64,000 nucleotides of DNA from Eukaryota sp. TZLM1-RC (GCA_040285825.1 JAUPSS010000001.1:2046001-2110000); one strand, 5' to 3'; shown: positions 11,227 through 22,856, counted from the first letter of the stretch. Program-made: numbers and translations. The notes: generated by a model not told the origin, from the letters alone.

Positions 11227-11965
11227 CTAGAGTTCGGCATCAGACATGGGAACCTTGGGCTTTTCAAAGCAAGGTTGATCAGTGCGATGACAAACCATAG
11301 GATCTTGCCAGACCTTACAGTAACTGCAGGGGGGACAGAAATGCTTGGGAAGCCATTTGAGACACCAGTCGGGAAGCTTAATGACCATCTTTTGGTTCTT
11401 GTAAATGGGTGCAGGCTTTCCTCCTTCAAGTTCAAGTTGCATTTCAAGATATTCAGTGTTCTTGGGGTCGATTCTGATGACTCCCTTCCAATGTCTCCAG
11501 ACAGATGGACGACGGAGGAACAATTCAACGTTATCGTGCTCATCAATAGTTCCGGTTACAGTCCACCAGAAGCCTTGAGCCCACATGGTACCATGAAGTT
11601 TACCCTTGCCATCAGCATAGATGTGGGAAGAAACAGGCCATTTACGAACTAAGTGACCCTTGTCTCCAAAGACGTACTTGTGTCCTGACCAGCGACCATG
11701 TCCTTCAAGAACATCAAAGCGACGATCAGACCAGGGATAACGAGGGCAAATAGGGGTTCCATCACAAGGGATGTCGAGGTGTTGGCAAACAGGAGGATCT
11801 TGCCAGACTTTGCAGTAGGAATCTTCTCTGAAGAATTGGCAGAGTTCATCACCTTTCATTGGTCTCTCAATGTGTTCATGGGCTGGTTCAGTGGCGAAAA
11901 CCAAGGCAGCTAGTGCTAAACTTTGGTTAAATCATGGTTAATTCATACAGTAAAAGGAACTTCAT
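11227..11965 (-). CDS. Secreted Cys/Trp-rich protein with two SYCKVWQDPxVC modules; one 28-nt intron (11948-11921)
   Basis: Removing GTATGAATTAACCATGATTTAACCAAAG joins ATG 11965 in frame to the 225-aa ORF and gives signal peptide MKFLLLLALAALVFA. Confidence 0.82.
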
Positions 11966-12024
11966 TGGATTGAATGTACTTGGAGGAACTGCCAATAAAT
12001 CAAGATTTGCGGAAGAAAAGGGCT

Positions 12025-12069
12025 ACTGTAGATAAACTGTAGATACACTGTAAACTGACACTGTAGATG
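12025..12069 (-). promoter_or_regulatory. Cluster of CTACAG motifs upstream of the secreted-protein gene
   Basis: Plus-strand CTGTAG at 12026, 12037 and 12061 and CTGTAA at 12048, i.e. 60-100 nt upstream of ATG 11965. Confidence 0.5.
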
Positions 12070-12296
12070 GCACAATTTTTGAAAGAAATCTTCCACGCAA
12101 ATATCGTGACACAAGATTTAACAACTAAATATTTAATAATTACTCATCTAGTTACGGCAAATGGGCGATTAACAACAATAACATTTTCAATCTACGTTAT
12201 TTTATTGACTTTACTTGACAACTTTGTTTGAGTCTGCGATTTTTCAAAAGATTAAAACAAAAATAATGTTGATTCATCTAAGTAACTAATTCGTGC

Positions 12297-12407
12297 GATA
12301 TTGAAAAGAGTGTCTCTAACAGCATCATGTAATGAAGAACGATAAGTTATCAATTTCGAACAATTCATAGCATGGGGCAAAGTGAGCTGAGGTGAATTCG
12401 AACAAAT
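12297..12407 (-). mobile_element. Short internal fragment of CRE-like family B
   Basis: Matches about 60045-60157 (GTGTCTCTAACAGCATCATGTAATGAAGAACGATAAG...). Confidence 0.75.
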
Positions 12408-12649
12408 CCTTTGTTTTTTCATGCTAATATATATCTATCAAATACAGACAACAAAAAAATTGGTATATTGTTGCATAATTTAAGAACAATTAGTCAACTC
12501 AATTATTAAAAAAACAACCTACAGCATAGTTTAATGAATCAATTACTTCCTTGATAAATTACGATTGGATCAACACGAAATTTTTTGTCACGAAAAATAC
12601 CTAAATTAATTAAATTTATGAAACAATAAAATTACAAAAAAAGCTAAAC

Positions 12650-14914
12650 CTAAACCAAAACAACATCACCGTCATTATTAATTCGTAGCACGTTGTAGCC
12701 CTCGTATAAAGCCAAAGTCTCTTCTAATTGTTCATTAGTGAACCCTCTTCCTTGACAAACATTCATTGCTTGAGAGTAAGGGATGGCACTCTGTCCATTG
12801 GGTAAGGAATCAGAAAGTCCCTTAAGGATATTGAAAATAGAAGAAAAAACGTCAACTGATTTCTTGGATTTTTGACCTCCATTTAATGACCTATCAGCTG
12901 ATTGCATTAACCTCATTGCTTCATTAACATCATCCAAAGTGACTCGTTCGCTCAATTTAACCCTCGCAATGGCCTGTGACAGTCGCAATATCGTCATCAA
13001 TGAACGTGGTGACACGTGTCCAACGCCACCTAACGTCACTGCTTCGTCGTCATCCGACCTCAATGATACATATCGAGCAACAATGTCATTAGCAAGTTCT
13101 GGGGGAACTACCGGATTAATCTCTTTTGCCATATTAATGTACCCTCGCAACACTTCAACAGGAGACGTTCTCAGTGATTCAGCGTTCCCGCAGTGCACCA
13201 TGGCCACATGGGAAGCGAGTTCACGGTCTAGATCAGGGTCAGCAGTGTCTAATAAAACAAAAACGATATCAAACCTTGTGAGGAGAGCTGCGGCCATGTT
13301 GATATTCTTTGCTGGTGACAATGCTGGATCATACCGAGAATGGCAAGGATTTGCTGCAGCTAAAACTGCCGTTCGAGCATTGAGAGTGGTGGTAATACCA
13401 CCCTTGGCGATGGATACTGTCTGCTGTTCCATTGTTTCGTAGAGAGAGGTCCGATCTAGGTCGTCCATCTTGTCAAATTCATCAATGCAGCAGAGTCCAA
13501 GATCTGCGAGGACCAGAGCGCCACCATCTAGTGTGGCTTCCTTGGTTACAGAGTCAATCTGGACGTTAGCGGTCAGACCAACTCCAGAAGATCCTCTTCC
13601 AGTGGTGTAGATTGAACGCTGGGCAATGTTGGAAACTTTTTTCAACAGTTGAGACTTGGCAACACCAGGATCTCCAATTAAAAGTATATTTACGTCTCCG
13701 CGGAGCTTAACCCCATCTTCTAAATGATGTCGAACACCTCCAATTAATTGTAATAAAAGAGCTTTTTTCACGTCCAAATGACCAAAAATTTCTGGAGCTA
13801 TCGAATTAGCTAAAGTTTCATAAACACCCAGACCATCACCACTCTTGGCTAAATTGACCAATTCTTTTAATTGTCGTTCATGATCTGTTTCAGAGATACC
13901 ATCTTCATTAATAAACAAAGAATTATTCTTGACGGGCTGAAGAAACTGAGCTTCGTAATAAGTATCAGTACCCAATCCCAACCTGTTTCTCTCCCTGTTA
14001 GACCTCCTTGCTTCTTCGGATTGGGGCACGGGGAGGTGTATTCCACTAACGACTACTTCATCTCCAGCAACACATTTACGGACCACTCCATCTCCCCTAG
14101 CAAATACCGTTACTGTGCGAGGAACAGAACCAACAGGAACTTCACTGGAAACTTCTTGAATTCTGATTTCTTGAATCTTGATAAACTTTGACAACGCAGG
14201 TTTTAATTCCAATCTACCCCTAGTTGGAGCCGCTTTACATAAATCAGAAACACACTTGTCTAGGGGGATGAATGAGATTCCATGTACTTCGGCGCAAGAA
14301 ATACTACTACACCGTTCACATTGATAAGTAGCAACAGAGAGAAGGGGTCGAAGGTCTGAAAGTCTAACCACGATGCCTCTGAACGTGATGAGAGAACCAA
14401 TGTCAGAGGAGCGGACAGAGCGGAGAGTTTTGAAAGTGTTAATCTTTTGAGCTTTGGAAGGAGGTATTATGTACAGTGAATAGCGTTTTCTGGCCAATGC
14501 AGGAGTTTCGGGATGGCGTTCATGGATGAGGGGTTGGGCTTGGAAGCGTTGGTTTACGTTGAATGTCTGGTCCACGCACTCCGAGAGGACGCGGTGGTAG
14601 GAGAAGGTGTTGTGGAGAATACGGGCAGCAAGATGCTCGTATTTGGCGTCAAACTGGGATAAGTGGGAGTAAAGAGCGATATACATTTACAAGATCATCA
14701 AGTTCGAGGTTGAAAACAGTAGAAGTGCGATGGTGAATGTTTTCAAGGGCATCAAGATATTTGTGAGCTACTGAACCATCATCAGATTGAGCAGTAAAGT
14801 CATTTATGAAGTCAAGTAGAAGACCTGATATGAGAAACTGGTGTTGAAGAGATATATACCCTTGTCGGCTTCGAAGTCAGGTTCATTTGAGTTGTTGTTT
14901 GCGATATCTGCCAT
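12650..14914 (-). CDS. MCM7: DNA replication licensing factor MCM7; introns 14859-14825 (35 nt) and 14684-14654 (31 nt)
   Basis: GDPGVAKSQLL, GVGLTA, IDEFDKM, LLTRFD, C4 zinc finger; splicing restores N-terminus DFEADKGLLLDFINDF...KYLDALENI...LELDDLVNFD. Confidence 0.92.
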
Positions 14915-14960
14915 TCTGCAAGGAATGAACGATAAAAGGTAGTCCTTATACTTTCTCAAT

Positions 14961-15012
14961 TTGGAATTCAAAGTATTGGAATTCAAAGTATTGGAATTCA
15001 AGTTATTGGAAT
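14961..15012. repeat. 15-bp tandem repeat (TTGGAATTCAAAGTA) x~3.5 upstream of MCM7
   Basis: Direct reading. Confidence 0.85.
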
Positions 15013-15130
15013 GCACAGGCTGGTTTCTAGTTCGTTGTTGTAATTTTTGATATTTCAAGCTAAGTTTTCGGTACTAGATGTTGAGTTTGAAGAAATAAAC
15101 TATGGTGCTTTAATTAATTCATTTTAAAAA

Positions 15131-15765
15131 ATATTGTGAGTTGTAAGAAATTTCTCCAATATAGGTCAGTTCTTCATAACGCCGTTCGTGATGTGACATA
15201 TGAGATGTTCAAGTGTTACAATTTTAGTTGCAAAGTAGAACCTTTGTTGAAGCATTATAGTGATGATATTTTGTTTAATTCACGTCGAGGTGATTTAATT
15301 GCTCCTTTTGTGGATTCCTCTCAAGTTGTTGTTGATTTCACTACAGTTGATCCCTTTGCTTTTGTTTATCGCGATGATGTTTTACTTAGTACTAATGGTC
15401 ATTTAAACAAGGCAGAAGATCGTAAGAGAGATAAATATACTGAGATATTAAATGATTTAAATAAGAATCTTTACTCGAAGTTTTCGTTTTTTCCTTTTGC
15501 CTTTTCGATTTTTGGCAATATTGGACAATCCGCCTTGAATTTCATCAATGATTTTGGAAATTTATGTCGTTCAAGTGGTAAGAATTTTGCAGGGAATTTA
15601 TGGAAGAATCGTATCATTTTCGCTTTGTACAGAAGTGTTCCCAAGTACTTGAGTTTAATGATGTCCAAACTTTATAAGGATTCATCAAGAGTTGGCGTGG
15701 AGAATTTTGTTTCTTATGTGTTTTAGTTTGTTTTGTTTTTATTCGATTCTTCGTAGAAAATAATT
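15131..15765 (+). mobile_element. 3' fragment of CRE-like element, family C (ends ...VSYVF)
   Basis: LHNAVRD, RRGDLI, VVVDFT, AEDRKRDKY; near-identical to the 3' part of 57890-59440. Confidence 0.9.
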
Positions 15766-16379
15766 ATTCATTTTAAAAAATAATATAGAAAAGCATCAAT
15801 AGGACCAGTATTTTTTGGGGGTTTTTATTCCTCTTCTGGTAGGACAATTTTATCCATACTTTAATACTTAAACTCCTTCATTTCGGAACTAATTCACCCC
15901 TCCATAAAAGAAGTGTTATCGGTTTAAATGTTGATGCCTTCTTCTGTTTGTGAGTATTTTTTTAATATTTTTATTATTTTATTTCTTTAATATTTTTTTG
16001 TGAGTGTTCAACAACTGATGATTTGGAATGATGAAGGATATCAAACAAGGTTACATAATGGTAGAGTTCAGTTTCTGTTTGTTTAATTATTTTAAAATAC
16101 AGCACGATTTTGATACAAACAATAATGAAAATGTGAAAACAACAATGATGTTGAGAAAGTTAGAAGTAGGATTTACGTCCATTATTTAAGAAGTCGAGTA
16201 TGTTTGACTTAAATTGACTCAACTTGAATCAAAATGAAATATTTTTTAATACTAGATAGAATTTTATTTCATTATAAATACAGTAGATAAAAAAATGAAA
16301 TATTAAATAAAACATCTTGGGAATTCCATTATTCCTGGAATTCTTTTAGTATATCATTAATATCCAAATTTAGTCGACA

Positions 16380-17789
16380 ATGGAAGGCTTATCCTCTCAA
16401 CTTCGAAACGTTTTCAATACCTCACGAACAAGACCCTTGGCTTTTCGTAAACAACAACTGCTTAATCTCAAACAATGCATTACTGAAAACGAAACTCAAT
16501 TCACTGATGCCATCTTCACTGATCTCCACCGTGTTCCTACTGAGTCTCAACTCTGTGAACTTATATTAACTTGTCGTGAAATCGACGAAAGCATCAGCAA
16601 CCTCAAATCATGGAATAAACCCACCAACTTCAAGTCCCCGATTGCCTTTTTCCCTACCAAGCAATGTGCAACACTTCCTGAACCAAGAGGAGCCGTTTTG
16701 ATCATTGCACCATGGAATTACCCTTTCCTTCTTTGCTTCTCTCCGCTGATCTCAGCTATTGCTGCAGGCTGTGTAGTTTGCCTTAAACCATCTGAACACT
16801 CCCCCAGTTGCTCTTCTCTTCTTGCCACTCTCCTCCCAAAGTACCTTGATCCCGAATGTTTCGTTGTTGTTGAGGGAGGCATTGAGGAAACTCAGAAGCT
16901 TCTATCTCAACCATGGGGCAAGATTTTCTTCACCGGCTCTACCAATGTTGGTAAGATCGTAATGAAAGCTGCATCTGAGCACCTTACCCCTGTTGTCATT
17001 GAAGCAGGAGGAAAGAGCCCAACCATCATTACAAACACTGCCCCATTGGAACTAACTTGTAGAAGATTAGCTTATGGAAAGTGCCTTAACAATGGTCAAA
17101 CGTGCGTTGCTCCAGATTACTGTTTGATATCAGAGCAAAGGCTAGAAGAGTTTATTAAGGGTTTTTCCGAGGTTTTAAATAACTTTTATGGGGATGATAT
17201 TAGAAATTCGACTGATTATTCAAGGATAATTAATCAAAAGCATGCAGAGAGAATTCAAAAGCTTGTAAATGATGCTTTGGATAAAGGTGCTCAGTTGGTT
17301 ATTGGCGATGTAAATGATATTAATATTGAAGAGAAGTTTATTCCACCGCTGGTTTTGGTTTGTTCTGATTTCAGCACCATGGACATTGGTCATGAAGAAA
17401 TATTTGGGCCAGTTCTATTAGTTGTTCCAGTAAAAGAGGAAGAAAATATGGTTGGTTTCAGTATTGATTATGTAAACAATAGACCAAATCCTCTTGCATT
17501 GTACATTTTCTCTACTAATAGTGCTGAAATTAATTTAATAATTGGTTCGACTTCTTCTGGAGGAGTTTGTATTAATGACACGGTTGTTCATCTAGGCACG
17601 TCTTTGCCCTTTGGTGGTGTTGGTCTATCAGGTTTTGGTAGATCTCACGGTATTGCTGGTTTTAAGGAATTTGTTCATGAAAAGCCCGTTTTCCATAGAG
17701 GGACAGTGGTTGAAGCTGATAAAGGGCTGAGATATCCTCCTTATACGGAGAGTTCTAGTAAATGGTTGCAAAGAATGAGTAGAATCTAA
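16380..17789 (+). CDS. ALDH3: Class 3 (fatty) aldehyde dehydrogenase
   Basis: EPRGAVLIIAPWNYP, LKPSE, FFTGS, EAGGKSP, GQTCVAPDY (catalytic Cys), EEIFGP, LPFGGVGLSG, terminal RYPPY. Confidence 0.93.
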   Translation: MEGLSSQLRNVFNTSRTRPLAFRKQQLLNLKQCITENETQFTDAIFTDLHRVPTESQLCELILTCREIDESISNLKSWNKPTNFKSPIAFFPTKQCATLPEPRGAVLIIAPWNYPFLLCFSPLISAIAAGCVVCLKPSEHSPSCSSLLATLLPKYLDPECFVVVEGGIEETQKLLSQPWGKIFFTGSTNVGKIVMKAASEHLTPVVIEAGGKSPTIITNTAPLELTCRRLAYGKCLNNGQTCVAPDYCLISEQRLEEFIKGFSEVLNNFYGDDIRNSTDYSRIINQKHAERIQKLVNDALDKGAQLVIGDVNDINIEEKFIPPLVLVCSDFSTMDIGHEEIFGPVLLVVPVKEEENMVGFSIDYVNNRPNPLALYIFSTNSAEINLIIGSTSSGGVCINDTVVHLGTSLPFGGVGLSGFGRSHGIAGFKEFVHEKPVFHRGTVVEADKGLRYPPYTESSSKWLQRMSRI

Positions 17790-18689
17790 ATAAAGTTGTT
17801 TTTAGATAAAGTTGGTGGCATTTTTTGTTCTATAATAACTGATATTTATTAAAAATAATTATAATGAAAGCAATAAATCCAAAAAGAATTACTTTGATCC
17901 ATACTTGTAGATCACATTCACAGTGTGATCCCAAACCTTCATTTTTTGTGATCACATCACATCACATTGTGGCTTCAGTAAAAAAACTAAATATGGGTGA
18001 GGCTAAAATCTCCCAATAGCTCAACAGACATACATCATAATTTGGAATGCTATTAATAGTTAAAATAGTCATAAAGTAAATAGTCATAAACTTTGTGTGC
18101 AAAAACTTAAACTTTAATATAAGCTTTTCTGCTCAATGATAGATTTTTGTGACTCAATTTAATGAACACTGTTTGTCATTCAAGGTATAGTGTTTTCATT
18201 ACATCTTTGAAATTTCCATATAGATTCATAATACTCAATTTGTGATCGCCATTGGTCAGGTGTTGTGACCCACAAGTAAGCTTTGATCATTTTTGATAAC
18301 TCCTATTCACCAATCATAATTATTGGTGACGTCATTCCAACATCAAAATTTATTCTATTTGCTGTGTTAGATACAATTTTCGATCCTTTAAGGACAGCTA
18401 TTGTATTCATGTTGAGCAAAAGGCAACCACAAGTTCAATTCCTTGTTTTCTGAAGAAGTCCTAAATTAGATTGCTTCTTAATCTTTCTTCATCTTGCCTT
18501 TGTCTCATTTTTGAAGTTTGTTCTTTGTATTTGTGTCATCTTATCTCTATTTTATATTGCTGTTAATCCTTAGTGAAACGAAAGAAGACAAGAAGGACCA
18601 TTGTTGCCGTCTAAGAACTATTGTTATAAGTACCTTTCCACCTTCCCTTGTACATGAGAAAAAGATCATCTGCAGAATTAAAGTTTTTT

Positions 18690-18895
18690 CTTCAAAGTGT
18701 CATTTGCAACATTAGCAAAATCAGCAATAACTTCAGAGTTATTAATCAAATTGCAGTAAACATCACCTCTGTCATTATAATCAAATTTGTCAAATGACAG
18801 TGTTGCTCGGCAGACACTCTTTGATACATCAGATTCTTGCACTTTTGATAATATGCAAATCTCTGACTCTAACAGCATCATGTAATGAACAACGA
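18690..18895 (-). mobile_element. Highly degraded family-B-like CRE fragment
   Basis: NDRGDVYCNLINNSEVIADFANVANDTL resembles DDRGDVYCDWIDNSEAIVDFVSCNVANDTL. Confidence 0.7.
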
Positions 18896-19552
18896 CACGT
18901 ATGTGTTTATAACATTTGATGGCATAGGAAAGTGAGGTACGGAGGGTTCGAATAAATGTTGTTGGCGCCTTTAGCCTTAAATAGAATAATGGCAAAATAA
19001 ATCAACCTCATCTCAATCACTTTCTTACAATTCTCCGACTTAGGGCAACAATCTAAAGAAATTAAACAAAAAGGAAATTAATATTATAAATACTATTATC
19101 AAACATATAGCAGCAATGACATCACTATCAAATAATGAAGAATCCCCTTAATACTGCATCGGCAGCACTAAATGTCCCAAACAAACAATATTCTCCTGTT
19201 TGGAAAACGTCACATGGTTAGTGTCGTGGTTGATTACTATAACCAGACTTGTTTTGTCGCTTTTCATCATAACGGTGTACATAAAGTGTTCAACTTGAGC
19301 CTACTGTCTAGATATTAGCTTTATAGTTGAACAAAAAGTATGTTACATAGCTACCAATCAGAAAAGACGACTTTTCAACTGAATTTTACACATGAAGCAT
19401 AATTCTTCTTTGTATTCAGCTAATCTGAGAAGTGTTGGCCTTACAGCGTCTAAAATTTCGTCAAATTTATTCAACACTTTTGCAATGTCTGCTATAAATA
19501 GATCAAAATTGTTGCAGATGATAACTAAACATGAAGAACTTGGAAATTCGAA

Positions 19553-19624
19553 ATAATAAAATTAAATAAATTAAAATTAAATAAATTAAAATTAAATAAA
19601 TTAAAATTAAATAAATTAAAATTA
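19553..19624. repeat. 15-bp AT-only tandem repeat (AATAAATTAAAATTA) x~4.5
   Basis: Direct reading. Confidence 0.85.
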
Positions 19625-19762
19625 TATAGAAAGGTATTTTATATTGATATTAATATAATAGGTATAGAAAACTGTGAAAGGAAAAATTCCAAAAAAAAAA
19701 CAGTTTTAATTCAACCAACTAATGGAAATATCAGAAACAAAAACAGTGCAAAAAACACTTAA

Positions 19763-21955
19763 TCAGCTTCTTGATGGACAAGTTCGTTTGTCATGACCTA
19801 CAGAACCACAAAGACTACACTTTCTCTTCTTTTGTAGTTTTTTAGATTGTTTAAAGACTGATGATGAATAAATACAATTGGTCAAATAAGAATCAACTGG
19901 ATACTGAATCCACCGTGGAAAACAAGATAATTCAACTAAATATTCATTCTTAATTAGTTTGACAGATTTAATTAAACGTTGATTATTAAGTTTCTTTGGT
20001 GATAGGAGCGTTTTGGCCAGATTGTCTTTATTAGGTCTATTCAATTGAATGAATTTCAAAGCAGGAAAGTTTTGTTCAGTGATATTGGTTGGAACATTGC
20101 CATGGATTATCAATTCCTTCAAGTTTGGTAAATGAATTTTAACATTAGCACGAAGAGTCAAGAAAACTTCAAATCTAACAATGGATTGAGGTAAAGGTAT
20201 CTGTCCTCTCAATATTTTGCTTGAAATACCATCATTAGAAACCACCAATTCCCTTAAAAACGTCGGATAGCATAAATCAGTAATGCATTGTATATCCTGT
20301 TGAAGCACTAACTTCACTAGTGAAGTGGGTAATTGTTCTACAATCGATGGTAAACCAAGTTCTAGACATTTTAGTTTTGATGAATGTGCCAAGTTTATAG
20401 AAAATTTTGTAGCAAAACTCCAGGACCCACCAAGCTTAACAACCTCAACATTTGGGAAAAGTGACAATAATTGAGGATCATAATCAACCTTATCAAAGTA
20501 AACATCAAGTTTTTTAATTCTAGTATTAATTACTTTGGGACCTTTATAATCAGTAGATAATCGCAATTTTAAATCACAAATATTTTCATTTAAATCTAAA
20601 TCTTGAGGATCTTTTAATAATTTAAAACCATTAAAGACTTCTTTAGCAAATTCAGCCACCCTCTTGCTAATTGAACATTTGGTATAGTATCTGGCTTTAA
20701 CATAAGGATGGTTACCAAACAAATTCTTCAAAAATTGTAAATATTCCCAATAAACAAGCTTAATTAGACCACTAAACATTCTATCTAAAGGTTGTTTAGG
20801 ATATTGAAAATTGCCAAGTATTTCAGATCCAAATACTTTGACAGGTTGTGGTCGATCAATCAAATCACCTGTACCTAATTGACCTTTATCGTTCCTTCCC
20901 CAAGCCCAAACAGTGTTTTTGTTGTAGGCAAAAAGGAAGTCATGACCTACTGAAATACCTTCAATATTAGTGAAAGCTTCAATACATCTTGGTTCTTCAC
21001 TATCTTCATAAACATCACTCATTCTACTCAACCAACCCCATAAATAAACTTTACCATTATTATCAATGGCAGCATAAATACCATCATAACCACTAATGGA
21101 AACAATATTAGTCAACCCTGGAACTTTGGTGGGTTTGTTATTGAAAGGAACATCATCACGCCCCTTGTCAAACTTCCAAACATCACCATTGGTGTCAACT
21201 ATGAATAGAAAATCATCAATAAATAAGAAAGAACTTTCCAATGGTTCTCTTGGGATGAAGCACTGGAATACATCTAATTGATCAATTTCATAGCTTCCAC
21301 AAGATAAAATCTTGCTACAAAAGAAATCTCCATTTCCATCCATTGCAACAAAAGCTTCATGATCCAAAAAAAGGAAAACAATATTATTTAATTCTTCAAT
21401 TAATTCAAAAGATTTACCATTTCCCCATTTAATAACTTCACCTCCTTGGGTCAAGGCATAAGAATGTCCATGACTGCCATAAACTTCCTTAATGTTATAA
21501 GGAATATTTATTGGAGTAATTGGTAATGACCACTCTTCAGACGTATTGATTTGATTCAAGTCATTTCTACCCCATCCATAGAGCTTACCGTAAGAAGAGA
21601 GGGCAAGAAAGTGACCATCACCAGTTGAAATGGAAATGATATCATTTGGGGGTAATTTGATTGGCGATTTGGTTGCTTTGAATCCATTGCTGAGGACAGT
21701 CCCTCGGTCATTCAAACCCCAACAATATACATCGCCAGCAAAAGTCAGCAGAAGCGTATGGGATTGAGAACTTAAAATACATCTAACTCCAACCATTGAA
21801 TTTGGGTATTGTTGATGAGGGCAGAAATCAGTGGTTGAGCACAGAACGGGAGAGCAATCGGGAGAGTGAAATGGATCGAGAGAGTTGGTTCGAGGACGTG
21901 ATAAAGGAGGAGAATGGCCTCGAGGTGGCTGTCGTCTTGAGTTTTGATGAGTCAT
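19763..21955 (-). CDS. RCC1/BLIP-II repeat protein with LRR-like C-terminal region and terminal CCHC zinc knuckle
   Basis: HTLLLTFAGDVYCWGLNDRG, HFLALSSYGKLYGWGRN, VWAWGRNDKGQLGTGD; LPTSLVKL/LPQSIVRF/LPNLKEL repeats; CSLCGSVGHDKRTC. Confidence 0.85.
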   Translation of the reverse strand: MTHQNSRRQPPRGHSPPLSRPRTNSLDPFHSPDCSPVLCSTTDFCPHQQYPNSMVGVRCILSSQSHTLLLTFAGDVYCWGLNDRGTVLSNGFKATKSPIKLPPNDIISISTGDGHFLALSSYGKLYGWGRNDLNQINTSEEWSLPITPINIPYNIKEVYGSHGHSYALTQGGEVIKWGNGKSFELIEELNNIVFLFLDHEAFVAMDGNGDFFCSKILSCGSYEIDQLDVFQCFIPREPLESSFLFIDDFLFIVDTNGDVWKFDKGRDDVPFNNKPTKVPGLTNIVSISGYDGIYAAIDNNGKVYLWGWLSRMSDVYEDSEEPRCIEAFTNIEGISVGHDFLFAYNKNTVWAWGRNDKGQLGTGDLIDRPQPVKVFGSEILGNFQYPKQPLDRMFSGLIKLVYWEYLQFLKNLFGNHPYVKARYYTKCSISKRVAEFAKEVFNGFKLLKDPQDLDLNENICDLKLRLSTDYKGPKVINTRIKKLDVYFDKVDYDPQLLSLFPNVEVVKLGGSWSFATKFSINLAHSSKLKCLELGLPSIVEQLPTSLVKLVLQQDIQCITDLCYPTFLRELVVSNDGISSKILRGQIPLPQSIVRFEVFLTLRANVKIHLPNLKELIIHGNVPTNITEQNFPALKFIQLNRPNKDNLAKTLLSPKKLNNQRLIKSVKLIKNEYLVELSCFPRWIQYPVDSYLTNCIYSSSVFKQSKKLQKKRKCSLCGSVGHDKRTCPSRS

Positions 21956-22525
21956 TGATCTATATTGAAGCTTTATTGCACTTTAACAAAAATTAAATAC
22001 GATGCTTCTGAGTCATTTACTAGAAGCAAATTCATTGCACCAAGATGTGAGTTTCTTAATTCTGATGAAGTGAGTGCTATGGCGATTTGGAAAAAAAATT
22101 ATTAATGCGGTATAGAAATCATCAATTTGTAACTTAAACCATTTTTTAATTCAAAATCAATCAAAAATCAATCAAAAAATTGTGTGTCAACAGAATCAAT
22201 TCCGTTATAGCTCATTTTCCTGGCATTGATTGTTTAAATGACTTTAACAATAACACAAACAGATCCATTCCTTAATTATGAATAAACGTTGGAAAATCTG
22301 CAAAAATAAAAACAATACAAATAAGTAACTGCGATCGTCTGTTTTGAAAAACTAATTGAATCTACTAAATATTAAGCTATAATCTTCAACAAGAACTAAT
22401 ATTTCTGAAACCTAAATGGTTTAGAATCAGTTGGTTGTATATACTGCTAGCAAAACATTCAATATTTAGAAAAAGATAAAATACAGTTAATTTTATTCGG
22501 GTTAGAGTTGGAGTTGGGGTGAGGG

Positions 22526-22856
22526 TTATGGTTGGGACGAAACTTTCTGCAGCACTGCGAGAATAAACTCTCCTTCTGGAATGAGTAAGGTGGAAAGCTA
22601 GCATACCTGGGCATATGATTATTTCCAAGTCCTTATCACTCCGAACCCTGATAAAGTTGAGATTATTGGTTGGATCTAGGTCGCGGACACCTATCCTTGC
22701 TTGTGTAGCAAACTGATGAACTGTGTGTGCATAAGACGAGATTTCGGTTGAGTCAATGCCGTGGTATTCAAGAGCAACACCTTCATCATTGAGAACAAAG
22801 TATCCTACAACGCCGGGATGACTGGCGATTCGAGCAAGAGTAGCTTCGATAGACAT
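22526..22856 (-). CDS. DYNLRB: Dynein light chain roadblock/LC7 (99 aa); one 31-nt intron (22606-22576)
   Basis: IEATLARIASHPGVVG, VRDLDPTNNLNFIRVRS; splicing gives the expected ending IICPEGEFILAVLQ instead of the unspliced tail in the ORF track. Confidence 0.9.

Noticed and set aside
17908-17972. GATCAC/GTGATC inverted repeats and ATCAC microrepeats as a MITE end
   Set aside because: No partner terminus or TSD found in the window.
18385-18450. Minus-strand ENKELNLWLPFAQHEYNS resembling an integrase motif
   Set aside because: A single short motif with no DDE context or LTR.
14961-19624. CRISPR-like arrays at the short repeats (14961, 19553; also 12025, 50523)
   Set aside because: Head-to-tail repeats without unique spacers, no cas genes, eukaryotic context.
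22386-22525. Extended C-terminus of the 156-aa roadblock ORF
   Set aside because: Artefact of reading through the 31-nt intron; the spliced protein stops at 22526.
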